Notes under the pieces: generated by a model
Told to the model about the DNA's origin: nothing
Databases searched by the model: none
Seen by the model: only the letters and a program-made list of their open reading frames with translations
DNA from: Ptychomitrium polyphyllum
Lineage: Eukaryota
NCBI GenBank assembly: GCA_973851085.1
Contig: OZ316776.1
Coordinates: forward strand, 8,060,001 to 8,124,000
Direction: 5' to 3'
DNA: 64,000 nt
Part shown: piece after piece, positions 1-13,238 of the stretch
How positions within the stretch are numbered: the first letter of the stretch is position 1
How the letters are laid out: each line of letters opens with the position of its first letter
Made by a program: the position numbers and the translations under genes

Positions 1-1601
1 GAGAGAGGACGGCACCTTAGCTTGTGTATGTGTCATTATTCAATTGGCTCAGAGAATTACAAGTGTGTCTTGTACCTGCATGTCATTCTTTTCCATGCCA
101 TTCTTTGTAGATGAAATATAAACTTATAAACTGCATTCAAGTGGTTTTTGAACGTGTAGTTTTGATCTCTTAATAACTATGAATTAGTTGGAGAGGTCCA
201 TGAAGGTTTTTCCATGTCATTGTTTTTGGTATAATCACTTTATTGGGCTTCAAGCTATTATTGGACTATGTTGAATTTGTTTGAACAAAATTATTATTTA
301 ATCCCTGGATAAATAATCATGGAAATTACTATGTTTAAAACCCATTTGTATGTGTGAAGAAATTACATTTTTGATTGAGTACGAATTTTTGATATGTATC
401 CATGAGCCTAATGTGACAATAAGAAACTATGTTTAGCTTTGGAAATTCAATCTCACACATTCTTGTAAAACACTTCAAAAAATGAAGTAATGAACACATA
501 TCTGGCATGTATATCTTCAGCTAGTCAAAAAAATTAGAGAAATTGAGTTGCCCAAAGTGATTAGCTTATAAGAAATGCTGCTTCAAACGTAAGCACCTGG
601 GAGCCTGGTTGGCCTGTTGCATGTGAACGATGTCACAACAGCAGCTGATTGTTGAGTCCACGGCAGCCTCAAATTAAGACCACAATCATTCACCGATAAT
701 CTCCGCTTTGTTCGTCAGTTAAACTCTTTTTTACTCGATAACCCAATGTTGAACCAGAGTTGGTTACCTATAAACTCATGCACTTTCCAATTGTCATTTT
801 CTGTAACTTCTTCCTTTCCGAAAATCGACGGTGCTGGTTTCCAAAGTAGAGCTGTGTGATGACGCATTGCACAATTTGAAACAGGGAACGTTAACCGAGA
901 TTTGATCATTAGAGTAAGGGTTTACCGACGGTGATACATTTATGTTCCTGCAAAGGACTGTGAAGGGAGGTTTATATCTGTAAAATAATTCTAACCATAT
1001 CAGACACTGGAAAGAGCTAGTCCTCAGACATAGACAGATCATTTGTCTCTGCATCCCACCCGGGTTTCTAGTACTCTCTGAGTTGGATATTCTAAGGCCT
1101 ACTTCATATTCTGTGCTTAAATTGAACACCTGACAAGACGAGAATAAAAAACACTTATACGTCTGCTTCACCAGAAAGTAGCCATTCGCTCAAATCGAAA
1201 CGGTCGTACATTAGCAATCCACAATTCGAGCATTTCACAAGAGCCACTGCCTGGTATCAAAATCACATCCTTACACTGCCAGAGTTGACTGGTTGTGTAC
1301 CAGCTATATTAAGAGTCGCAAATGAAAATTTCAGCGTCCATCACTTTAATCTCTTATGGAAATATGAACCACTACCCTCTTGATATTCATGTCCCATTGA
1401 GCTACTTGGTAACCTCAAATGAAGTACACTTCGGCGCCCTTTTTTTTGATATACAAAATGGCGTTCACAAAGCGGTACAAGTAAACTCGTAAAAAACAGC
1501 AGACGATGGCAGAAGACGGATACAACAACAGCTCCATCTCTTGCACATCGAGCTGACGTGTACCAGCTCTCCAATAGTTTTTGTACAATGCTCGGGCCAG
1601 T

Positions 1602-2827
1602 CTAGTAATACTCTGCCTGTTTCTGGCTTGTCTCTTGCTGCAGACATAAAATGTGAAGTGGCACTTTATTGTTAGCACCCAAGAAAATCGAGATACCAAA
1701 ACATCAAATCGTCTGAACACCTAAACGCTTCCTTCAATGTTAAAACCATTCATAAAATGAACAATTTCTGTTGAAGCGACTTCAGACATTGCAACAACAC
1801 AACAACCAAGTAAAAACTTCGCAGCACCTCGAAGGCAGCTTTGAGGTGATCCAGCTCCTTTGTCAAATCAGTAATGGCCAAGTTGTAAGCCTGCATTGGA
1901 GATGATTGACTCGTCGTTTGAATCTGTGGTCATCAGGAGACGTTAGAAAAATCGATCAACCTAACCATAACATATAACTCGACAATACATCTAGAAGAGT
2001 ACATGTGGTTTACTCTTCTACGTAATTGCACGTTTAGATATGGCATTACAAGAATTTGCGGCAAATTTTAGGTGTAGATAGTAACATCCATAAGAAAAAA
2101 ATGCCGCACAATAACATGAACTTCTCAATTAAACCAGGAAGCATGCAACAATAGAGTATCTCTAATCATGCGTGAAAACTCCAAATACTGACATATCTAC
2201 AAGGGTCGAAAGACCGTGAGAAGAACCTAACCTTAATGACAAGCCTGTATTGAAGTGGATGAGGTAATTTGTAACCGGCAAACAACACACTGGGATCGCG
2301 GTGCAGCTGCCTGCTCACACCACAATTTACAAATAACAAAACCGTCACTTCCACTTAAAATTCTAGCGCATTTCTAGACGAAGACCATTCATCACATGGC
2401 CATCGTTTCACAACGAGATCTAGAATCCTAAAACCCGAAACCCTAATCAGTAACAATCACCTACAAAATCATTCCACAGACATCAACATAGAATAAACCA
2501 CGAAGCTGGTCATACATGCGGATGACGTTTCCAACGGTGTGATCCTCCCGCTCCACGGTAAAAGTGGCCGCATTCATCACCTTCATGTCCCGCTCGTAGG
2601 CCACCCTGAGTACAACAACCCCACAAGAAAACAGGAACCTCAGTGGATAAAAAACCACAACGTCAAACTCCTAGTCCTTTCCCGATTGCCGATACCCAAC
2701 CCTTGACATTCAATCAATCAATCAATCAAGCAAGCAGGCATGCAGCGAAAGCGGCAACGACTAAACAAACGTACTTTTTCATGCCCTCGGGCACCACGAA
2801 GCGCTCATATCGATCCGGAGCATTCAT
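1602..2827 (-). CDS. RPB11: DNA-directed RNA polymerase II/IV/V subunit 11, 117 aa, 5 exons
   Basis: Exons 2827-2775, 2605-2516, 2310-2232, 1923-1828 and 1637-1602 have GT-AG junctions and consistent phases. Translation [94 protein letters not shown]...[11 protein letters not shown] carries the EDHTxGN and [10 protein letters not shown] signatures of RPB11. The last exon is the least certain. Confidence 0.97.
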
Positions 2828-2970
2828 TTCTAAGCTGGGGTTTGCAATTCGGCAGGCAGGGGCAACTGCACAACTTGCGACAGCAGACGAGCTTGCGTAA
2901 GCCTGCCTGAGCTTGCCTGAGCTTGAAACCAGCAAATGATCCTCACTTCACTTCGTTGCGAAGCTTGTGC

Positions 2971-2979
2971 AAACCCTAA
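2971..2979 (+). promoter_or_regulatory. Telo-box (AAACCCTAA) upstream of RPB11
   Basis: Exact AAACCCTAA about 145 bp upstream of the ATG, with a second copy at 2438-2446 in intron 2. Telo-boxes are typical of plant housekeeping-gene 5' regions. Confidence 0.55.
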
Positions 2980-2987
2980 CGACGGCG

Positions 2988-3007
2988 GTCGGTATCATGG
3001 TACCGAC
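2988..3007. promoter_or_regulatory. Near-perfect 20-bp palindrome containing two inverted DRE/CRT cores
   Basis: GTCGGTATCATGGTACCGAC is one substitution from a perfect palindrome, and TACCGAC occurs on both strands. Confidence 0.45.
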
Positions 3008-5058
3008 ACTATGTACGCGCGACCTCGTTTCTACCGTAGAATTGCAGCTTCCCATCACCCTGGCTGCCCTTTTACCACGGTCATCCGATATAGAGTTCCA
3101 GTTCGAGTACTGTCCTTGTATTTAGAAGCCATATCAGCAATATGTATGTTTGGTTAAAATTTCAAGTTCAACCTTGTACACTTTGTCCCTTGGCTTGGCT
3201 GATGAGAGAAGCAGTTTCAAAATGAATGAAAATATGAGTTGGTCACCTCCATTGTAGCAAATCGCCTTCATTGTAACAATTATTGTCAAATGGTTTTTTC
3301 TTATAGACCATTTTTAGAAATGCTTTCAACATGATAATTCAAAAACTGGTCTATTAGAGATGATATTTCATATTTTAATTGTTCTAATGTCTTCTTAACT
3401 TCTCATATAGATCATCTTTTGCTTAAATATCCATATTTTAAGCTTTTATAAAAGATGGAAAAAAAAATAAAATTTAAGATATAAAGTGAGTTTTATTTGT
3501 ATTTCAAATATACATTAATATAAATGAGCGCTAGAAGAAATCAATTCACTTACTCACTCATTTTTTGGAGAATGAACACAATGAAATTGAATTGCAATTT
3601 TTCAACTTTTTGTTATTTAAGCTGGCTTAACCTAAGATTAAGCATATTTATAGTAGAATAGGTAGCAAGGCATGGATCTAATTTTTCATATTTGACAAAT
3701 GATTTGTTGTGGATGTCATTTTTAAAATATATTTGTATGATGTTGTTTAAATATAAATAAAGCTTTGATATGTAGCCATGTGGTATTATTTAATAACTAC
3801 AAATGTTATAATTTGAATAAAAATATAATAGTGAAGATTTTTTTTATTAAATCATATACAAACAACATTGAAAGTGAAATTTTGGAATACACAAATTTCA
3901 TTGATTTCCAAAATTTTTAATCTTAAATTAGAATATAACCTACAAATCCTTCAACAAAAACCATTAATTAATTAGGATTCTTAATTCTAAATATATATCT
4001 TAAGAAACACTTTCATTTAGGTTTTTGTATTTGAAATTATAAAATGGACAAAGCATTGAGAATAACCAAAGTATGCACTATGACCTTCACATTTTAAAAT
4101 AATGTATATTATGTTGTTGTAATGTCTTTTTATCTTAGAAATAAAATATGGTATATATTGTAATATTCATAAAAAAATAATTACATTATTGTGATTTGAG
4201 CACTAAAGGACTTAACACGTTATTGATTAAAAAGCCTTTTCACTAACTTACAGCCATTTAATAGTGAGGCCTTTAATAATAATGGTGGTTGTTGTTTATA
4301 ACTTTAAAAATTCTATTATGCTCATATTTATTATATTGGAATAAAATTCGCATTTTGAAACTTCTATTCCTAGTCTTATGGAGTCTAAAATATCATAAAT
4401 TGGAATCCTAGATGTCCCAAATTTATAAATATGATATTTAATTACTTGAATTCCTATCAATTCTTTCTCTTTCTATTTCTTACAAAAATCAAGTTTTTAT
4501 TTTTTCTTTACAACTCCTCATAATGAATAATACTCACGATGCTTTAAAAAAAAGGCTTAAGATGCAAATTACAAACCTTCTAATGGACGTTGTTGATAGT
4601 TTTTAGTTGTTGTTTATTGATAATTCTTAATTCTTTCTTCAAGCAAGTCCTTTGCAACACTAGCATACCAAAGAAGATTTGTTATCCATAAAATTGTAGC
4701 TAATGGAAAATTGTTTACAATGCAATTGTTTGTTTGTAATGGATGTTGCTTGTGATGCTTTATAAAACAAATTGTGATGGGTATTATAGCCTCAAACTCA
4801 GCTCTAATCTAACTTTCTCTTCCAAATGCTTCATAGTTCAAAAGAGAATTAAGATCTCCATAGAAGCTCAATTAGCTTCAAAGTTCAGGTGTCCAAAAGT
4901 TTTAGAGTTCAAAAGAGAAGTAATCATTTTATTACCTTATGTGCTAACAGATGGAATAACAAGAAATACCAAAGCAAAATATCCAATCAAAGCATCAAGC
5001 ACGTGAATCAAAAGCTCGGGTTAAAATCTTTCTCTCCATAAAATTAACACAAGGATGA

Positions 5059-5087
5059 ACATAGGTGCAAGACAGTTGCACCTATGT
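5059..5087. repeat. Perfect 12-bp inverted repeat with 5-nt loop
   Basis: ACATAGGTGCAA-gacag-TTGCACCTATGT. Confidence 0.9.
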
Positions 5088-5451
5088 AGAAGCATTTGGA
5101 GAGCACCTGATTCATCGAACTTTGCTGAAGCTGAGTAGAGAGCACGTGCTTGACAAGACTCTGGCAGATCTTTCTGATCGGTAGCTGGAATATTTCCATC
5201 ACCTAGCACAACGGCACATGGCATCTCCTGACTACCAGGATCATCTGTTGGAATATATTTATGCTCTGCCGCTTGTCTTGCCACAGTGAGGTCTAACGCA
5301 AGTCGATGACTACCTAAATCACGGTTTGCAAGCTCGAAGAAGATCCCTGTAACATCATCCATTTCGAGAAGCTCTAGAGACATTGAACGTTTCCATATAG
5401 TAGCAGACCAAATATGCTCCATCCCACCATGTCGGTGCGGCACATTCCTAA
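5065..5451 (+). pseudogene. Possible decayed coding fragment of unknown family
   Basis: GC-richer island. One + frame reads as helical protein-like text (VQDSCTYVEAFGEHLIHRTLLKLSREHVLDKTLADLSDR*LEYFHHLAQRH...), interrupted by stops that could be C>T products of CAG/CGA/CAA. An open 140-aa frame also exists on the - strand, so the strand is uncertain. Confidence 0.25.
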
Positions 5452-5456
5452 CTAGT
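5423..5456 (+). mobile_element. Possible Helitron-type 3' terminus
   Basis: GC hairpin CC-CACC atgtc GGTG-c-GG, an 11-nt spacer, then CTAG followed by T (5452-5456). No 5' TC end or Rep/helicase was identified. Confidence 0.25.
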
Positions 5457-8400
5457 GAGGGGAAGAACTATGATTTCCTCATCGGAAAAAGAGAACCAAG
5501 AAAAGTAATATTTAGCTTCTTCTTCATTTGTACATGCAGAATGTCGCGGTCTTCTCCATACTATTTTTGAGTGTAAGAACAACCATGTTTTTGGAAAAGG
5601 CGTTCTATACCTCACGTACTCATCAATACCCTCTGTGTAGCAACGAGCACCTACCTACACAAACCCATACACCAATCCCTCAAGCAACATCATCAGTGAA
5701 CTACGAGGAACGGAATCCTGATCCTACAACACCATCTAATTCTACAAGACCACCAAGATACAAGCCACCGACACACAGAAGACAGATATGTGCAATGCAA
5801 TGCAAGAATACTCCGTTCTAGATCGCAAGCGCACCCAATGGAACTCTGAGTGCACCGCAATGGCTGGCGTCTGCATACATAGACGTGTGCGTGCATTGAC
5901 GTGAGCATGCATAGAAGGCTGAATACTGCTTAATCTAAGAACAGAAGGACGGCGAAGTTGTAATGAAGGTGCTTCTTCGATGCTTCTGTGGTCTCCGAAA
6001 CTTGCAGCCTGCTTCTAAAGTGACTGTGTCTGGGTGTCAAGGCAGCCTTGATTGAGGAGGTTTCCACTTAAGGGGATTTGACTTATGTGTTTAACTAAGA
6101 GAGGGACTGACAGCATCGTTAGTTTATACTGATCCTATCGGTATGGCTCATGAAACGGTTTGTGTAAAGAGTTTCTATCTATGTCGTGTGAGCATTTTCA
6201 AAATAAAAGTTTTAAAAACTTGGTAGAGGACTTGAAAAACATTTGAAGTTTCATTAATACTTATAATTTAGAATTTGCTATCTAGAAGCATAGAATGTAT
6301 TGTAACTACAAGTTGAGTATTTGCGTTAATTAACCATTGTGCACTTTGTTTGATTTCATCTGACTTCGTCTATTCTTTGCCATTGTGAATAACTTGTAGA
6401 TTGAAATCTAGAGTTAATTGCAATACTTAATTAGCAGTTGTTCAACACTGAAGATCAAGATTGCAAAATCAGTGATTATGTAGTTTTTGAAAGACTGCTT
6501 ATGCAAATAATAATTAGAGAGCTAATAAAAAGAATTTGTGGTAACTTCATTCATTAATATCAGTATCAACCAAATGGTCCATTCAATGGCATCCACAAAT
6601 AGTTTCTACAAAGCTAACATACTAAGAATGTGATAGTTTCAATAGCAATTACACAAAACAATTTTGTATCAAGGCAAATTTATGCATGAATAATAAGAAT
6701 GTTAAATTGTAGATGAAATAGTTAGAAATTCCATCAAATGTTTGTTAACTCTCAAACCCTATTGATGAAGTTGGTTGTAAAAGAACTAATAATGAATATG
6801 CTAATGTAACATAAACACAATAAAACTTAAACACTCATTACTGAAAACATCATCTTTAAATGAATAAAAAGGTAAGTTGGATGGAATAATTCCATCAATT
6901 TTTCATATATAAAGAAATTCTTAATCTTCTTAAAGTAAAAACTTGTGTTAACTCAATGGCACAAGTAAATCAAGATCTTTGAGAACCTTAGAAAAAACCT
7001 TATTTTATTGTTATATCAATCAATTATCTAAGCATTAAGCATGAATCAATTGTTTTGACCAATTTTAGATTTAAAAATATTTAAAATTTAAATTGTGTGT
7101 ACTTTTTTTTATAAATTTTCATTAATAAAAATTGATCTTCATTTTTATGCCTTTTTTTTTAAAAATAATTTCACCTTGATCCTTTAAGGTTTCATTTGTG
7201 ATTTCAATGAATCTATTATTAAATTTCTTATAAATTTACAGAATTCCAGTGAATTAAAAAATTTGATTTGATTTTCTTAAAATATTTCTTTAAGTATTCA
7301 AAATTCTTATAAATTTTACTTTTTAAATTTCAAATTACATCATAATTTAATCCATGTTTGTATTTTTAATTAGTTATATTAATAAATTCTATTAACAAAT
7401 ATTTGTTATAAATCTTGCTAATTATTATATAATCAGTAAGTTAAGTTTTTACATCAATTTGATATTTCCAAATGGCACAATATGGTTGAATGCACACATA
7501 ATAGAAATTACATGTTTTATGTGAAATTTTCATAGATCTATTTTTAAAATAGATTTGAAAGAGATATTATGCCAATAAATAATTATGTTGAGAGTACATG
7601 TAATAATTAGGAAGCTTTTTCATTTTCCTAGATAATTATACATTTCCATTATATAAAACTTCAAATTCAATTATACATCAACTAATAAGGACACTTAATT
7701 ACTTACAAAATGATTGAGTAACGACAAATGTTAAACATTTTATATGTAACATAATGGATGCAATCTAAGCTTTGGATGAATTATGAAAGTACAGTTTAGA
7801 AAATTAAATAATGTTAAAATTGTATTTTCTTTGTAATAACGTCCAATGTATTGAAGTTGAACCTTCGCTTGCTCTGTACACATCTTGTAATAGAAATTCA
7901 ATTGATGTGCAAGTCAGATGTATACGTTTAGAGTAAGCAATTTGCAATTTATTAATTTGAAACAATGATCAGAATTCAGGATGACCCCTCTAGCAATTAG
8001 CAACCACTGCAAGTGTACTTGTGCAAAACTCAATACAAATTTCAATAAAAGAGTAAAATCGATCAAAACCTATGGCCACTGAGGAAACTGAAGTTGGCAG
8101 AGAAAACATGGAGTTTACTGAAGTTCTAGCACTTCATTCACCTACGCGAATCTTTTACCAATGAAATTTATCAAAAGATGCTGAAAGTTGTAAAAAGGAT
8201 CAGTAGGTTTCACACGAGACTGTTGTAAGATCTTAATATGCAAAAACTTAGTAGTTAATCAATATCTACCAATCAACCTACCTGCTGTATTACCAATAAA
8301 ACATGCCAAAAACAATTACCACTGAAACAATCACCACTGAATTACATCTCTGCTTATCCTATCAACACTACGAATATTGCAACAGAATTTATACCATTTA

Positions 8401-8939
8401 AAACCCACATGCATAGTTATATCATCAAAACGTTATATATATGATACAACAGACCTGAGAAAACTTCGGGCTGCATATCCTAGCTTACCAGGACATGAAA
8501 CATCATCACCCGATGATTACTCACACTTCTCTATCCACCTATATCGACCCAGGTGAGTACAGCTCTATTCGATTTTGTGACGGAGTATTTGAAACACAAC
8601 ATAGTATAAAAATAGCTATATCCCTCCAAGTCTTCCCTCCAATCCTCAGCTTCCCACAATCTATAACACCCTACTTGACGTACGACATGCCTGGCAATAT
8701 AAACACAAATATTTCATCTACAAGCTCGATAGACGAGATCTTGCATGTAGACGTACCCAGTTTTGACACTCCTCCAAAAGATATTGTTTGGTTCACAAGT
8801 TTCCTATCCCTCAAACCGCCTGTGTATCCATTCAACCTCGATATTCATAATGAACCTGAAACGTCTATAACCGACCTCGATAGAGTGAAAACACTCTGAC
8901 AACGTTGACAATAACACCGCTGGTTTTGATTTCTGCGGA

Positions 8940-11900
8940 TCATGCGACTGTCGTGTTGTAGGAACTTCTCATATTGTAGCCACGCCGATGATTTGCAGTA
9001 ACTGCAGGCAATGCATGGAAAGCCCGCTGATAAGTTTCTCCACCTGGCATCTGAGGTCTGGCGTAAGGCGCGGTGGAGGATAGGACAGTTGGATGTACAT
9101 AACACCTGTCGTCAAAACAAAGGGATCTGCCACTGTGAGGACATCATATATACTACTGTATATTTAACACCGTACATATGTAGAAAATCGGACAATTTTA
9201 AACCTAAAACCACACAATAAGTCAGTGCGACCTATTCACAAATGAGGTACGTATTCACACCGTGTGGGGAGAGTTGCCATTGAAGGGTTCACAGCTGGGG
9301 TCGTTGTGCCACGGCCAAGAGTAAGTGGTGGGACCACTGCCAAAACAAAACAGAATTCTTGTTAGAATGACTAAAATTGACATCATCACTTGGACTAGCA
9401 GCAAAGTATATACTAGGTTACAGAATCTATGATCAGCACCACAATACCTGGACTAATAGAAGGTCGATTGACAGATGGTCTCACTTTAACGCTTGCGTAC
9501 GGGAGTGAATTTCCCTGCTGTAATACCCGACGCATTTAGAGAGTCGAATAGATACAGGAAGAAAACTTAAATGCCAAAATACCAGTATTTAAGTGATAAC
9601 AGTATTTAAGTGATAACATGAATACAAATTAAAAATACCTGCTTTGTCCAAAGAGGATTTCCACGCTTTAACCCTGTATTCATAAATCAATCCGAACAAA
9701 TTCTGAGAAATCATCAAAAGCATTTCATATTTATGAGCTATGTGTCACTAAGCTAGACGGTGCAGGACGCAAGTAACATATGTGCCTACCTGCCTGACCT
9801 TCAAACTCCTTATTCGCCATCGAGTTTGCCTTAACCGCTGAAATGTTTGAAAGAAATCAGTCAATACTAATAAAGAAAGTAATGAACTTCGAAAAGACTT
9901 CACACGTTAACAACATACATCCATAAAACCAACTAAACTGTACAAAATAAAGGGTTTTTTAAATTAACTAGACGATTTGACACAACACGTAAAACACTGA
10001 ACTCCATATTAACCGTATCGCACAATGCAGTAAGCAAACCACATTCTATGTATTTATATTCAGTACTGTAACCAACTACCTGACCAAATATTTAAGACAA
10101 CAAGCAAGATTTCATAATCGCCTAAAGATATACATGATATGAAACCAAAAATTGTGAGGAATAACCTGTAGGTATGAATGACTTGGGCTGCATCGACTCA
10201 CATCCAGAAACAGGCAGTGGGACACGTTTGTGGACCTGTTAAATAATCTCAGAATGAGAATCACATATGATTCTAAAAGCTCATCATTAGCTCTAAGGAT
10301 TCTCCTCTAAAGATAACTCAAAGCCCATAATCGTGTCCTAACATAGGACTTTAGATCCATCCAAGAAAAGAGCAGTCCACATACATAAGAACTGCATATC
10401 AAAAATATTCTCAAGCATACTAAACACTCAGTGTTCATCCATACACGTTCGTTGCAGCTGTAGGTGCAACAATAAGAGGCTTTGCTTTAAGAACACTTTA
10501 CCTGAAAGAATGGATGCTGCAATGCCTGAGATGCCGTCGGCCTCTTACTAGGATCCCAGACGCACATAGACTGCAATATGAACAATTTTATAAGAAACAA
10601 TCTCTACATACCTGCTACTTACGTCATCTTCAAGGATTACTGTTGGAATTATAGGAATAGTTTTTTTATAATTATCTCAGTTAGTATTCAACTGAGCTCT
10701 TTGTATGGGGTTTAGTACCCACTAAGTTTCCCAGACAATACCAAGTTGCTTACACATAAACGATATTTAAGATAAATTATATGTAAAACACAAAGCAGGT
10801 ACACTTACAGAAATCAGATTGATTGCTTCAGGGCTGGCACTTGGAATCAACTGGGATAAGTGAGTTGATGAAAGCTGCAGCATCAAACCACAAGAAACAG
10901 GTAACTCATCAAATAGTCTAATTTTGGATTAAAATAGTTACAATCCAATTATTGACGAGATACAGAAACTATTTTGGGTGCTTGGTCAAAATATCAGTAG
11001 ACTCCCTAAAGCACAAAAGTAGTCAAACTTTCTGAATTGACAAAGTCTCCAAAAGTGGCACACAAATCTAATTTAGACAATAAAAACAGCATGCAAGCAG
11101 AGCAAAACTGCATTGCAGGATGTCTGCATCATATGTTCTTTTTCAAACCTTGGGAAACTGGAAGTTTAAAGAGGCTGCCAGCTTCATTCCATCCGACCAT
11201 GTATGATGACTAGGAGACCCAATCACAGCACAGATTCTATAAATTTCGTCCACCTCACTGTAGCCAAAAAGGAAAATAATGTATCAGCAAACCAAAAAGC
11301 TTTTTAAGCATAAAACATATACTAAGATTTTGAAACTGAATTTAGGTATAGAATTCAAAATAATACAAATTGATTATTAGCCTTCAAATAAATCAAAATT
11401 CGCAAGCTTTGTTTGTCTCTAAAGAGACACCAAAATTAATTGCAAAACTAAACTAAAAGTCCTCGGAGCCCTACCTTGCACCAGGAAAAAGTGGCCGAAG
11501 AGTGAAAAGTTCAGCCATTATTGCTCCCACGGCCCACACATCTGAAAAAAAACAAGTAACACATCACATGATTAACAAACAGAATCTGCTAAAACCAAAC
11601 CCCAAAAGTGAAGAATTAACATTATCCTGCCTTTATCATGCTTTTAATATATGGTGCAAATAAAAACAAGGCATATAGCTGACGTCATCGACAGAAACAT
11701 ACAACAATATATAACTGAATACCTATAGCAGCACAATAAGTTGGAGACTGCAACAGCACTTCAGGAGCCCGATACCTGACAATCCAAAAGCATAAGAATT
11801 AAACATCAAATAAAGCCACGAAATACAGGTTACGCGTAGGAACGCATTACTTGAGTTTGGATATGGTGTAAAAGACTTGACAAACAAATGTGTCATACCA

Positions 11901-12995
11901 GCGAGTAGAGACATAATCTGTGTATGGTGGACAAGAGCGAACTTCCCTCGCCAGTCCAAAATCAGCAACCTTGATCACATCTTTCGTAACCAACAGATTC
12001 TCTACAAACCATTTAAGAACCGAGTTAGAACACCTGAGATAGGAAACCAAAGTAGCAGTAAAGATAAACGTGACTCTGTATATATATGTGATAAGAAATT
12101 CACTCCAATACCTAGTCAGTAATATACTTCCATACCTGGTTTTAAATCCCTGTGAAAATAACCATGCTTGTGCATGTACTCTAGAGCCTGTAAAATTTGA
12201 AAGGCCCAATTCCGTACTTTAGCTTCAGAAAAAGGTTTATCCTTATCTTTAATCAGCTGGTATAGGTTGTATTCCTGCAAGAGTAGACACAAACAACTAA
12301 GCAGGTGCATTCAACTAATTTAACTGTAAAAAATCTTCCAGTATAACAGTACGCAATTATATAATAACTTTCGTATAATCAAAAATCGAAAATATAAAAT
12401 AATCAGCTCACCATGTACTCAAAAACAAAAAAGAGTTCATCGTTCTCTCTGATGACCTCCTTTAGCTTCACAATATTGGGATGGTTCAGCTTCCGCAAAG
12501 ACTGCCAAGCTCACACTGATTAGTTCATTGCGCCTAAAATTCTCGTGGACACACCATTACAGACATCACCTAAAAAGATCCTCAACGAAGCTTTCTAACC
12601 GACTTGTCAATCCTGAACAGTCTCTTATACCAGTTGTATGACATAGCCACATTTCTCAATTTACCTTCACTTCTCTCAAATTCATGCACTCATCCCACGA
12701 ATAAAACTTCCTCTTCATCTTCTTGATCGCCACAACCTCGTTGGTGTCATTATTAATCGCTTTCCAGACGCTTCCGTACGTCCCATCGCCCAACTGCCTC
12801 ATAACCTTGTATCTATTACAAAATCAAAAGCATCATGAAACTTGGCATAGATACACAACAACTTAAATTAACTGAATAAGATATACCACATCCAATGCAT
12901 CCACTACATCCACTTGACTTTAGAACTAAAGTAAACATACAAGTAGCGTGTCAATCAATAGGATATTATGATGAAACAATTATTTACCTCTCCAT
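8940..12995 (-). CDS. MAK: MAK/ICK/MHK-family (RCK) CMGC Ser/Thr kinase, about 438 aa, 16 coding exons
   Basis: Exons 12995-12988, 12812-12665, 12501-12412, 12274-12136, 12001-11899, 11775-11723, 11541-11475, 11257-11149, 10874-10809, 10570-10502, 10235-10166, 9837-9790, 9673-9639, 9517-9448, 9336-9261 and 9105-8940 sum to 1317 nt in frame. Motifs: [67 protein letters not shown]. The C-terminal tail exons are less certain than the kinase domain. Confidence 0.95.
9583..9616. repeat. Perfect 17-bp tandem duplication in a kinase intron
   Basis: CAGTATTTAAGTGATAA x2. Confidence 0.9.
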
Positions 12996-13238
12996 GCTTC
13001 ACTAGCAGACTGTGACCGGGAGAACCTCTCACAAAAATAATGATGTGTTATCCAGAGATTTCCAATTCGTGTAATGCAAACAAAAAGCTATGCTGCAGCA
13101 TATTCCTCCTGTTAATATCTTCAAACCTGTTACCCTGCAGTTCCTGCTTCGACGAGGAAACCGTCCATATTCTATCTGACCTCCGCATGAAGAGCCGCCA
13201 TTCATCTCCGAAGAGGGTGATTACTTCAAGGGTACAAA

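Noticed and set aside
8495..8899. 134-aa + strand ORF
   Set aside because: It is antisense to the kinase 3' UTR and has no recognisable motif.
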